The position numbers and the translations under genes were made by a program. From Truepera sp. (lineage in GTDB: Bacteria > Deinococcota > Deinococci > Deinococcales > Trueperaceae): 64,000 nt of DNA. The number at the start of each line of letters is the position of its first letter. Positions within the stretch are counted from its first letter, which is position 1. Of this stretch, positions 19,780 through 28,700 are shown one piece after another. Where the stretch lies: the NCBI GenBank assembly GCA_965218435.1, contig CBDCKW010000009.1, positions 2,144,001 through 2,208,000 of the forward strand. Reading direction: 5' to 3'. The notes under the pieces were generated by a model that was not told the origin of the DNA, did not search any database, and worked only from the letters and a program-made list of their open reading frames with translations.

Positions 19780-20858
19780 CTAAGTACGTCCAATCTGAAA
19801 CTGTAGGATGATACTCCTCAGCGTTCTTGGCTCAGTAGACCTCCGGCGAAAGTCACACAATGGCTTGTAGATCATGGTTGTAGAGAGCAGCAATGAGATT
19901 AAGCCGAAGTCCAAAGCGCCTGCGCCGATGACGATAGGTTTCTTTGAGGATACGCCAGACCTTAAGCTTACGAATGACGTGTTCAGCGAGGATGCGTTCT
20001 TTAGCTAGGATGCGGTTATGTAGCTGTTGCTCTGGGGTAAGTACGTTACCCTTCCAACGTTTATGCGGGGTACGGCTTTTGGGATGAAGCTTAGCCACGC
20101 CCTGAAAGCCGCTATCAGAAAGAAGTTCGGTGTTTGGCGCGAGCACCGTAGCGCAGCGGCTTTGTGTCAATAACTTGAAGTCGTGTGCTCGGCCTTTGCC
20201 ATAAGCCGTACATAGGATGCGCTGACTGTTTTGTGCAACAAATACTTGGCTCTTTTGCGTGTGTCGTTTCTTCTTACCCGAGTAGTAACGCCGCTACCCT
20301 GCCGCTGCGCTTGGGGCACTTTGTTTTTTTGGGACGTTCAACCGGCGACTCGGCAATATCCACTACCACAACTTCTAGCGTCTGGTCGTCACGCAACGCT
20401 TTGCGTCCCGGCAGTGTGAACTTACCCGAGCTGATGAGGGCGTCTTCGACGCGTTCTATGGTGCGCCGCACGGTGCTCTCGTCTACGCCCCAATCTTCTG
20501 ACAAGTGAAAGTGGGTTCGGTATTCTCGTAAAAACGATAGGGTCAGTACAAGTTGGTCTTCAAGACACAGCGCGGGAGTTCGTCCGCGTTTCTTCTTCCG
20601 CCCCTCTCTCGCTTTAAGTAACTCCAGCATCGTTCTGAAAGTGGTGGGCTTGACCCCAAGTTTGCGTTTGAACTTCTCAGGTGACAACTTTAGACTCCGT
20701 GCTGTTTGTTCGCGCATCTTTACATGTTGTCATCTTCGAGCTACTTTCGCCGGAGGTCTATTTTATAAACCCAGGTAATGGGCACCCGTTAGCCTCTAAG
20801 CCAGTAACGTTTCAAGTCTCCGAAAACCATCCGACTTTTTCAAGTTGGGTATACTTAG
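19780..20858. mobile_element. TA-flanked MITE (about 156 bp net) interrupted by an IS5-family element
   Basis: 31-nt imperfect inverted repeats 19780-19810 / 20828-20858 (23/31 match), TA on both sides. Confidence 0.6.
19838..20758 (-). mobile_element. IS5-family (ISL2/IS702-like) element with split transposase (ORFs 20274-20717 and 19853-20170), probably inactive
   Basis: 16-bp TIRs GACCTCCGGCGAAAGT / ACTTTCGCCGGAGGTC with TA flanks. Frame change at CCCAAAAAAAC; TAG just before YYSGKKKRHTQK in the second frame. Confidence 0.88.
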
Positions 20859-20909
20859 TATGCAGCAACCGCTCATAGCCCGGTTTAGAACAGCAGGTCA
20901 AACCCATCC

Positions 20910-21491
20910 CTACCCTTCACCCTTAAACACGTCGCAGTACCACGCGCCTGCATACGGCAGCGTGTCAGAAACGAACCCCGAGCGGGGGTCTACGTGGGCT
21001 TGACCCCATGCGTTCGCCTCACCCTGATCGGCAAACGGCCCGACAAACGCAGCGCCGGCTTGCCAAGTTGCGGGGAGAAGCGGCCACGCAAACTCGCGCC
21101 GTTCACCCGACCTGTCACCTACGGTGCGGTAAAAAAGCCCGTCTGGTTGCGTTCCGACAAACGCTCCCAACTTGTCATCGAAGGCTGCTAATTCAAGTTT
21201 TTGCAAGGGCGGAAAGACGCGCAGTTCGGTATCGGTTTGAGGACTCGTCAGCGGCACCGTAAAAAGTTGCGCATACGGCGTAATCTGCGCGAGTGCTACG
21301 TTCACCTGCGGGGCGAGCCGCGCGTCGGTCCGGACGAGCGGCACCGCGTTGATCGCCCCGTAGGTCAGCGGATCACTTTGGCGCAGCTCGTCAAGGTCAA
21401 CGCCGGTAGCCTCGGCTCGAGCACGTACCCGTTCACTCGGCCTGTGCGTCTGTACCGCCTCTAAAAACCGTTCGTCCAGCTCAGCGGACAA
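20910..21491 (-). CDS. Hypothetical protein
   Basis: 193-aa ORF overlapping the aminotransferase stop; host-like composition. Confidence 0.7.
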   Translation of the reverse strand: MSAELDERFLEAVQTHRPSERVRARAEATGVDLDELRQSDPLTYGAINAVPLVRTDARLAPQVNVALAQITPYAQLFTVPLTSPQTDTELRVFPPLQKLELAAFDDKLGAFVGTQPDGLFYRTVGDRSGERREFAWPLLPATWQAGAAFVGPFADQGEANAWGQAHVDPRSGFVSDTLPYAGAWYCDVFKGEG

Positions 21492-22644
21492 CGGCGGCTC
21501 CTAGTGTCGCCTCGTCAAAACGGCGTTTTAGGTCGGGGGCGTCTAAAATCTCGGAAAGCGCGTCCATCAGCCTCGAGTAATGTGCGGCGTGGGCGCTCTC
21601 TCCCATCAAACCGAGCCGCCAGATTTTACCGGCTGTCTCACCGAGCCCGCCCGTGACGCTGATGCGGTAACGTTCACGAAGCGTGGCCCGCACGCCCGCG
21701 TCGTCAAAGCCTTCAGGGAGTTCTACGGCCAAAACGGTCGGCAACCGGTACGCTGCCGGAACATAGGCGCGAAACCCGACGGCGGAGAGGGCGTAGAGAG
21801 CAGCATCCTCGAGCATTCGTGCCCGCGCCGCCCGCGCCGGTATCCCTTCGTCTAAAACCGCCCGAATCGCCTCGCCGGTCGCCCAGTGAAGCTGTACCGG
21901 AACCGTGTGATGATAGCTCCGCACGCCACCCTCACCCCAGTAGCCACGCATCCCGAGCGCGTCGCTGTACCAAGTGCTAACCGGCGTTTTACGAGCCACA
22001 ATCCTCTCCATCGCGCGGCGGCTAAACATCACCGGGGCGAGTCCGGGAGGAGCCGAAAGGCACTTTTGTGACCCGGTATACGCGTAATCTATGCCCCACG
22101 CTGCGGCGTCGAACGGGAGCATCCCGACGGTCGTCACCGCGTCTACAGAGTAGAGTGCCCCGACCTCGAGGGCAACCTGACCGATCTCCGGTACCGGATT
22201 GAGCACCCCGGTACTCGTCTCACCGTGAACGACGGCGATAAGCTTGGGCTTGAGCTCACGCGCAACCCGCCGCACCTCGCTCACCTCGAGCGGCCTTCCG
22301 AGCGGTGCCCGGAGCACCGTTACTTCTGCCCCGAGCCTCGAGGCCATCTCCGCCATCCGCTCACCAAAGACCCCGTTCGACAAGACGAGCGCCCGGTCAC
22401 CGGGTTCTAACAAGTTGGCGAACCCCGCCTCCATCCCCAATGAACCCGTTCCCGACAAGAGCGCCGTAAACGCGTCGTCGTCCGCGCCATAAAGCGTTTT
22501 AAGGTCGCGCGCCACCGCGTCGTTGAAGACGAAGACTTCCGGGTCCATATGGCTGATCATCGGCCACGACAGGGCTGCGCTAGCCCGTGGGTGCAAAGGC
22601 GTCGGGCCGGGGGTCAAGAGCAGCACGGGTTGGGGAGCATTCAT
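21481..22644 (-). CDS. Class V PLP aminotransferase (alanine-glyoxylate / serine-pyruvate type)
   Basis: [20 protein letters not shown] and [11 protein letters not shown] motifs. Confidence 0.92.
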   Translation of the reverse strand: MNAPQPVLLLTPGPTPLHPRASAALSWPMISHMDPEVFVFNDAVARDLKTLYGADDDAFTALLSGTGSLGMEAGFANLLEPGDRALVLSNGVFGERMAEMASRLGAEVTVLRAPLGRPLEVSEVRRVARELKPKLIAVVHGETSTGVLNPVPEIGQVALEVGALYSVDAVTTVGMLPFDAAAWGIDYAYTGSQKCLSAPPGLAPVMFSRRAMERIVARKTPVSTWYSDALGMRGYWGEGGVRSYHHTVPVQLHWATGEAIRAVLDEGIPARAARARMLEDAALYALSAVGFRAYVPAAYRLPTVLAVELPEGFDDAGVRATLRERYRISVTGGLGETAGKIWRLGLMGESAHAAHYSRLMDALSEILDAPDLKRRFDEATLGAAVVR

Positions 22645-22706
22645 GGAGCACCTTTTCTGTTTTGGCTCGAGCTACCGGTTAAAAAACAGTAGCAATCAGT
22701 AGCAAT

Positions 22707-22807
22707 AAAAAAGACCGCACCACGGGGGCCGGTCGGGAGAGCGATACGTTATTACGTACCGCCGGTCAGCTAGCTCGAGCAAAAACGTGTATCACAGGGT
22801 TAGTTTA
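22707..22807 (-). promoter_or_regulatory. Candidate leader-peptide attenuator upstream of the aminotransferase
   Basis: -10 TAAACT, GTG-started 9-codon ORF (22795-22766), alternative hairpins, and terminator GACCG..CGGTC-TTTTTT. Confidence 0.5.
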
Positions 22808-22975
22808 CACAACTTGCACACGGTTGTGAAGCCCAATTTGTAACAATTAAGAGGTCATCTTTACGTTGCGCTGAGTTTGAGTTCTTTTTTAACTTCTCTA
22901 AAAAGCCGGCTGACCTGCACCGCCGAGACAGAAGAAAAGTCTTCTAAAAATTCTCCAACGGTATAGCCTTTTTCC

Positions 22976-24052
22976 CTAAGTACGGGACAAAAAGTGAATA
23001 CAGAGAAGCAGGTCGTCATGCTTGAGGTGTAGATTCTTAAGCAGATGCCTGAGATAGTCAAGACTGTGACGGAAGAAAGACTTTTCTCTGCGTAGGTGAG
23101 ACTTGATACGCAGAAGCTTTCGTTTGCTGTCGTGGAGCCATTCACCTACATGATGCGCCCAGGTAAAAGCCAGAGCCAAGAGGGTAAAAAGGGTATCGAG
23201 TTTATAAAGCCGAGTAAGGTGGCTAGCTTCAAGCTCAAAGCCGGTTGTTTTCAAGGCGGAAAAAAGCATTTCGATCTCCCACCTACGCTTGTAAACCACA
23301 AAGGCTTGAGCAGGCGCACGGTTGGTGACAACTATGAGGTAATCGCTACCAGAGAGCTTCATACCAGCGGCACGCAAGTTACAGCCGTAAAAGCCATAGC
23401 TATTGTTTAGAACCTTGAGTTCGCCTATAGCTAAGTGGGCGAAAAGCGCACGAACGGGACACCAGTTGTCACATAGGCTGTCTTTACGGATACGAATGGC
23501 AAAAGGAACCTGGCGTTTATCCAGATAGTTAATCCAGGTTACTCCGATAAACTCCCTATCAGCCAAGAAAAACGCTACGTCTTTGGAGGCTATAAGCTCG
23601 AAAAAACATTGGAGCAGGCTGATACGTTCTTCACTAGATGAATTTCCACCTTTATTCAGAAACGACCATACGATAGGAAAAGCAACACCTCTATGGGCTA
23701 TGGCAATCACTAGAATGTTGATGTCGAGGCTGCCAAACTGCCAGTTCGTGCGGTCAACGCAGACGGTGTAAGGCGGTGGTGGTAGCAAGTTGAGGATAAA
23801 CTGAGCAACTTTCACCTTGTCTAAGCGTACTTCTGTAAAAAATCGCTTGATGCGACGGTACGCTGATTCTGGCTCCGCTCTACCCTGAAATGCTAAGCTC
23901 AGACTTACTAGGTTGACCGTCTTCTCTTGAATCAGTACGAGTAGCAACGTGCTCAGGCATGTCAGCCTTGCTCCATTCATAGGCAACTTTGCCGCTAGTA
24001 TTTGTTTCAGGCTTGTCTTATGCTGATAATGGCTTCCACGAGATTCTTTCAC
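22976..24052 (-). CDS. IS4-family DDE transposase
   Basis: VDRTNW, LADREF and YKRRWEIEMLFSALK (YREK) motifs. Confidence 0.93.
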   Translation of the reverse strand: MKESRGSHYQHKTSLKQILAAKLPMNGARLTCLSTLLLVLIQEKTVNLVSLSLAFQGRAEPESAYRRIKRFFTEVRLDKVKVAQFILNLLPPPPYTVCVDRTNWQFGSLDINILVIAIAHRGVAFPIVWSFLNKGGNSSSEERISLLQCFFELIASKDVAFFLADREFIGVTWINYLDKRQVPFAIRIRKDSLCDNWCPVRALFAHLAIGELKVLNNSYGFYGCNLRAAGMKLSGSDYLIVVTNRAPAQAFVVYKRRWEIEMLFSALKTTGFELEASHLTRLYKLDTLFTLLALAFTWAHHVGEWLHDSKRKLLRIKSHLRREKSFFRHSLDYLRHLLKNLHLKHDDLLLCIHFLSRT

Positions 24053-24104
24053 ACAGCTATTCTCGCTCAGGAAGCCTTTTTCCTTTGATTTGTCCCGTAC
24101 TTAG
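22976..24104 (-). mobile_element. Intact IS4-family insertion sequence
   Basis: 16-bp TIRs CTAAGTACGGGACAAA (22976-22991 / 24089-24104); 9-bp TSD CCTTTTTCC (22967-22975, 24105-24113). Confidence 0.95.
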
Positions 24105-24439
24105 CCTTTTTCCAAGCAGTCAAAGAGGTTTTCAATCGGCACCCGAGTATTCTTGAACACAGGGATACCGCCCAAGATGTCGAGGTCTCGAGTGATGATG
24201 GACTGCATAAAGCTAGTATAAACCTTTCACTGTTGACAAAAAGACATATTTCAGAACTAGAGAGCCGCGCTATCAGGGCAAGACAAAAGTTTTTACGACG
24301 CCGTTGACCTCAACTTTATAGTTTCCGGGACAAGTTGAGTCTCGAGCGTTACAACAATACTATGGAGCTAAAGCAGAAACTAAAACGCAGTAGTAAGATG
24401 AAATCTATAAAGAGTTGTACATAAGCAAGGGGGAACGAT

Positions 24440-25873
24440 GTGCTTACCAGACTTGAAGTTGACGGTTTCAAAAACTTAGTAGATTTCTCTATTGACTTTG
24501 GTCCTTACACTTGCATTGCAGGTCCAAACGGAGTCGGCAAGTCAAATATCTTCGATGCCATCAGATTCCTTTCTCTGCTAGCAGATCGCCCATTGGAAGA
24601 AGCTGCTTTGCTAGTACGGGGCGGAGATTTAGAGGTCGGAGACGTAGATGACTTATTTTGGACTAATGGCGAAGATAAAGCATCACAATTCAAGATTGCT
24701 GCAGAAATGCTAATTGAGCCGAATGTTTTTGATGACTTTGGTCGGCCCACAGAGGCAAATTCTTCATATTTGCGATATGAAATAAAAATTGGCTTCGAGA
24801 AACCAGCAAATCGTGTACCCATAGGGAGACTGACTCTGCTATCAGAAAAGCTAGATTACATCACAGAAGGTAAAGCTTCAAAAAAACTCAAGTTCCCGCA
24901 TAGTCCAACTGAATTTAGGAAAAACGTTGTAATCAATAAGCGTCGCACTCAGTCAGGCTATATTTCTGTACAGGAATCTCCCGACGGTTTTACTGAAATC
25001 CTAGTTCACCAAGACGGTGGGTCACGAGGCCCTGCGCAAACTTCGCCTGCCAGTTCTGCACCGCGTACAATTGTTGCTACATCGAATACCTCAGTTACTC
25101 CTACTATCTTGGCAGCTCGTCGTGAGATGCAGCAGTGGCGCTTTCTAGCACTAGAACCCTCTGCTATGCGAAGCCCTGATAGATTTCAAACATCTCCAAG
25201 TATCACAATCAATGGCGGTCATGTACCAGCGACATTAGCTCGTTTAGTTCAGCAGACTGAGAACAACGGTGGCGACGCAGAAGATGTATATAGCGATGTT
25301 GCGATGCGAGTGGCGCGGCTAGTACCAATATTGGATGTGGAAGTAGAGATTGATGACGCTCGACAGCTTCTCACACTAAAGGTTAGAGAAGAAAATGGCA
25401 TCAAATTGCCAGCTGCTTCGCTATCAGATGGAACCCTAAGATTTATGACTCTCGCAGTGCTCGCTTCAGATTCAAGTATAAAAGGCTTAATCTGCATTGA
25501 AGAACCGGAGAACGGTATTCATCCAGCAAAGGTTCGCCAGATGGTTGATCTTTTACGAAATCTGGCAGTGAATCCAACGCATAAGCCAGACGATGAGAAC
25601 CCGTTCAGACAGATAATTATTGCTACGCACTCCCCTGCGTTTGTACAGTTGCAGAACCCTGACGATGTACTATTTGCCACGGAAGCACTCGTATCGAAAA
25701 ACGATCAAAAGCGCATTAGGACACTAAGATGTAGACCTCTCGCCGATACTTGGCGTGCCAGAAAGGAATCAGGACCGTCGGTAGGCCATGCAGTGATACA
25801 AGCGTATTTGACGACGCCCCCCGGTGCGCAAATTAAAATATTTGATGACTATTTTGAACCTATTATGGGATGA
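24440..25873 (+). CDS. ABC-type AAA ATPase (AAA_21/AAA_15-like)
   Basis: GPNGVGKS, LSDGTLRF, IEEPENGIHP and ATHSP motifs; no transmembrane segments; AT-richer than the host genes. Confidence 0.9.
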   Translation: MLTRLEVDGFKNLVDFSIDFGPYTCIAGPNGVGKSNIFDAIRFLSLLADRPLEEAALLVRGGDLEVGDVDDLFWTNGEDKASQFKIAAEMLIEPNVFDDFGRPTEANSSYLRYEIKIGFEKPANRVPIGRLTLLSEKLDYITEGKASKKLKFPHSPTEFRKNVVINKRRTQSGYISVQESPDGFTEILVHQDGGSRGPAQTSPASSAPRTIVATSNTSVTPTILAARREMQQWRFLALEPSAMRSPDRFQTSPSITINGGHVPATLARLVQQTENNGGDAEDVYSDVAMRVARLVPILDVEVEIDDARQLLTLKVREENGIKLPAASLSDGTLRFMTLAVLASDSSIKGLICIEEPENGIHPAKVRQMVDLLRNLAVNPTHKPDDENPFRQIIIATHSPAFVQLQNPDDVLFATEALVSKNDQKRIRTLRCRPLADTWRARKESGPSVGHAVIQAYLTTPPGAQIKIFDDYFEPIMG

Positions 25874-26508
25874 ATATCAACTTTGTCCTTGTAGCAGAAG
25901 GAGCATCTGATTATGCTTTAGTCACTCATTTAGAGGCACTCTGTAGTTATTGCGGAGCAACAGAGGTCACGGGGGTTGCTCTTGAATTCGAGCGTTTGCC
26001 CGCTGGTGTCGGGAAAAGTGTATTTGATAAACTAAGCGCCGCCAAGAAAGCGGAACCAGGTGCAAACCTTTTCTTTGTACATAGAGATGCAGATAGTCGC
26101 GACTCTTCTTTCAGGCACCAAGAGATAAAAGATGCCGTAGAAGCCTGTCAGCTTATAGCCGATTATGTTGCTGTTGTTCCTGTGCAAGAAACCGAAGCTT
26201 GGCTCCTTCTTGATGAAACTGAAATAAGAAGGGTCGCTCGTAAGCCAAATGGTAAGGTGCTGCTAAATTTACCGAGACCGCATCAAGTCGAAAGCGTTGC
26301 AAGTCCTAAAGAGTATCTTCAAGCAATTCTAGTTGATGCTTCAGAAGCTTCTGGTAGACGTTTAGATAAAATTAAACGCGATTTTTCCAATCAGAGAGCA
26401 CTTCTTACGAGACGACTATCTGTTGACGGCCCCCTGTCTTTTGTTCCTTCATGGGTCAAGATGCGCGATGATCTCCAGAGAATAATCCAAGAACACAAAA
26501 GTGAGTAG
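25870..26508 (+). CDS. DUF4276-like (TOPRIM-like) partner protein
   Basis: VAEGASD, FVHRDAD and PVQETEAWLL motifs; 4-nt overlap with the ATPase. Confidence 0.7.
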   Translation: MNINFVLVAEGASDYALVTHLEALCSYCGATEVTGVALEFERLPAGVGKSVFDKLSAAKKAEPGANLFFVHRDADSRDSSFRHQEIKDAVEACQLIADYVAVVPVQETEAWLLLDETEIRRVARKPNGKVLLNLPRPHQVESVASPKEYLQAILVDASEASGRRLDKIKRDFSNQRALLTRRLSVDGPLSFVPSWVKMRDDLQRIIQEHKSE

Positions 26509-26656
26509 ATTTTAAGTTCAGTCACTTTTTTTGGGTCAAACCTAGAGAATAGAAGTATAAGCAAGTGTAGCACAGCGCGTCGTGCCTAGCCTTGTAAAAA
26601 GAGGTGAGTAAGCAGTATATTGGAGTTTGGAAAGACTTCCCGACTGCCTTTTTGTG

Positions 26657-26683
26657 AGGGTGGGCCGAGGCCCATCCTTTTTT
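26657..26683 (+). promoter_or_regulatory. rimP-nusA leader hairpin (terminator/attenuator-like)
   Basis: AGGGTGGGC-CGAG-GCCCATCCT followed by a T-run, upstream of rimP. Confidence 0.7.
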
Positions 26684-26737
26684 ATTGGCCCACGGAAGCA
26701 GGTTTGACGAGTAACGGACCCAGATAGGAGGCGGAGG

Positions 26738-27178
26738 TTGGAACTAGCGGAGGCTGCAGAGGAAGTGCTCGGGCCGCTCGGTTACGAGGTTTTAGAGGTC
26801 GTGATGAGTGGTAAGGGCAAAAAAAGAAATGTCCTCTTACGGATTGACCGGCTCGACGGCGGCGTCGTGACGATGGAAGACGTTGAGACGGCCACCGGCG
26901 TTTTTAGCCTCGAGCTCGACCGCTTAGACCCGTTTGAAAGCGAGTATAACCTCGAGGTCGAATCGCCGGGTCCGGCCCGCCCTTTAAAGACCGCCGCACA
27001 CTTCCGGCGCTTTGCGGGGCTGCTCGCCAAGGTGAACGCGCAGGGCGAAACCTTTACCGGACGCGTTCAAGAAGTCGGTGACGATTCTGTCACCTTCGAC
27101 CTCAAAGGGCAAACGCGGACGCTCAAACTGAGTGACCTGCAGGCGCGGCTCGCCGAGTGGCCGGACACTCCCCGCTAA
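26738..27178 (+). CDS. rimP: Ribosome maturation factor RimP
   Basis: YNLEVESPGPARPL motif; first gene before nusA. Confidence 0.93.
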   Translation: MELAEAAEEVLGPLGYEVLEVVMSGKGKKRNVLLRIDRLDGGVVTMEDVETATGVFSLELDRLDPFESEYNLEVESPGPARPLKTAAHFRRFAGLLAKVNAQGETFTGRVQEVGDDSVTFDLKGQTRTLKLSDLQARLAEWPDTPR

Positions 27179-27207
27179 GGCGTCACTGCTAAAAGATAAG
27201 GAGACGT

Positions 27208-28398
27208 ATGAACAAAGATTTTATTGACGCGCTCGGTCAGTTAGCGACTGAGCGCAACATTGACAAAGACCAGCTCTTAACGAGTTTTGAAGAGGCGTTA
27301 GAGCAAGCGTATGAGCGTAACGTCGAACCGGGCAAACTCATCGAGGTGCAAGTAGACCCCGATTCAGGCGAGATTGACGTGATCGTCATTCGGCGCGTCG
27401 TTGAAGAGATCGAGGAGCCCGAGCAGGAGATTCTACTCGCCGAGGCGCTCGAGTTAGACCCCACCGTCGAAGTCGGGATGGAGATGGAGTTTCCGGTAGA
27501 CCCCGACAAATTTACCCGGATCGCGGTGCAGACGACCAAACAGGTTATCACCCAAAAAATCCGTGAGGCTGAGCGCGCCGTCGTCTTTAACGAGTACAAA
27601 GACCGCGCCGGGGATATCATCACCGCCGTTGTCTCCCGCACCGACAACAAACGCAACGTGTTTGTAGATTTGGGCCGTGGCGAGGCCATCATGCCGCCCA
27701 AAGAGCAGATTCAGGGCGAGCGGTATATGGTCGGGATGCGCCTCAAGGTTTACGTGATGAAAGTTGAACTCGGCTCCAGGGGGCCGAGCATCTTGGTCTC
27801 GAGGGCTGCGCCGGAACTTCTCGAGTACCTGATGCGTCAGGAAATCCCCGAAGTCGCCGACGATACCGTCGAACTTAAAGCGGTCGCCCGCGAAGCCGGA
27901 CAACGCTCCAAAGTCGCGGTCATCAGCCGCAACACGAATGTGGACCCTATCGGCGCGTGTATCGGACACCGGGGCGCACGCATTCAAGCGGTGACCGGTG
28001 AGCTGCAACGCGAGCGCGTAGACATCATCTTGTGGGACCCAAATCCGCGCGAGTTTATCCGTAACGCCTTATCGCCTGCCAAGGTCGGCAACATTGATGT
28101 GAATCCCGATATCGGCGAAGCGAAGGTCAACGTCGGTAACGACCAGCTCTCACTTGCCATCGGTAAAGGTGGACAAAACGTCCGGCTGGCTGCCAAGCTG
28201 ACCGGCTTTAAGATTGATCTGGTCGCCTCTGAGCACGTCTCGGACCTAGACGCTGCGCTGCAAGCCGTCGCCTCGCGTACCACCGAGCCGAGCTTGGGCA
28301 CCGACGACGCCAAACGCGCCGCCTTTGAAGCCTTGTTTAGCGCCGCCCCCGAAGCGCCCAAAGAAGCCGAGACCGACGAGGAAACCGAACGGGCGTAG
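27208..28398 (+). CDS. nusA: Transcription elongation factor NusA
   Basis: S1 + KH domains; AREAGQRSKVAV, DPIGACIG and SLAIGKGGQNVRLAAKLTG motifs. Confidence 0.97.
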   Translation: MNKDFIDALGQLATERNIDKDQLLTSFEEALEQAYERNVEPGKLIEVQVDPDSGEIDVIVIRRVVEEIEEPEQEILLAEALELDPTVEVGMEMEFPVDPDKFTRIAVQTTKQVITQKIREAERAVVFNEYKDRAGDIITAVVSRTDNKRNVFVDLGRGEAIMPPKEQIQGERYMVGMRLKVYVMKVELGSRGPSILVSRAAPELLEYLMRQEIPEVADDTVELKAVAREAGQRSKVAVISRNTNVDPIGACIGHRGARIQAVTGELQRERVDIILWDPNPREFIRNALSPAKVGNIDVNPDIGEAKVNVGNDQLSLAIGKGGQNVRLAAKLTGFKIDLVASEHVSDLDAALQAVASRTTEPSLGTDDAKRAAFEALFSAAPEAPKEAETDEETERA

Positions 28399-28403
28399 CG
28401 CAG

Positions 28404-28700
28404 ATGAAACGTGGTCACATTCCCTTGCGCCGCTGCGTCGGCTGTCGGCGGGTACGCCCGCAGGCCGAGCTTTTGCGTCTCGTTCAGGACGAAACCGGGG
28501 CGTGGACGCTCGACCTGAAACGCCGTGTGCCCGGACGTGGCAGTTGGGTTTGCCGTGACACCCCCGCGTGTTGGACACCTAAACGACTCGGGCGGTACTT
28601 CCGAGCCCAAACGGAGACGGTATGCAAGCTCCTTCAAGCCAATGAAACTAACAACTATGAACTAAACCCCAATCACCAGACAGGAGGACCTAATGTCTGA
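28404..28700 (+). CDS. ylxR: YlxR/DUF448 RNA-binding protein
   Basis: PLRRCVGCR..GRGSWVC motif, between nusA and infB. Confidence 0.9.
   Translation: MKRGHIPLRRCVGCRRVRPQAELLRLVQDETGAWTLDLKRRVPGRGSWVCRDTPACWTPKRLGRYFRAQTETVCKLLQANETNNYELNPNHQTGGPNV

Larger units (their letters stand above)
22861..24208 (-). pseudogene. DUF433 family (antitoxin-like) gene disrupted by IS4
   Basis: Removing the IS and one TSD restores MQSIITRDLDILGGIPVFKNTRVPIENLFDCLEKGYTVGEFLEDFSSVSAVQVSRLFREVKKELKLSAT*. Confidence 0.88.
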
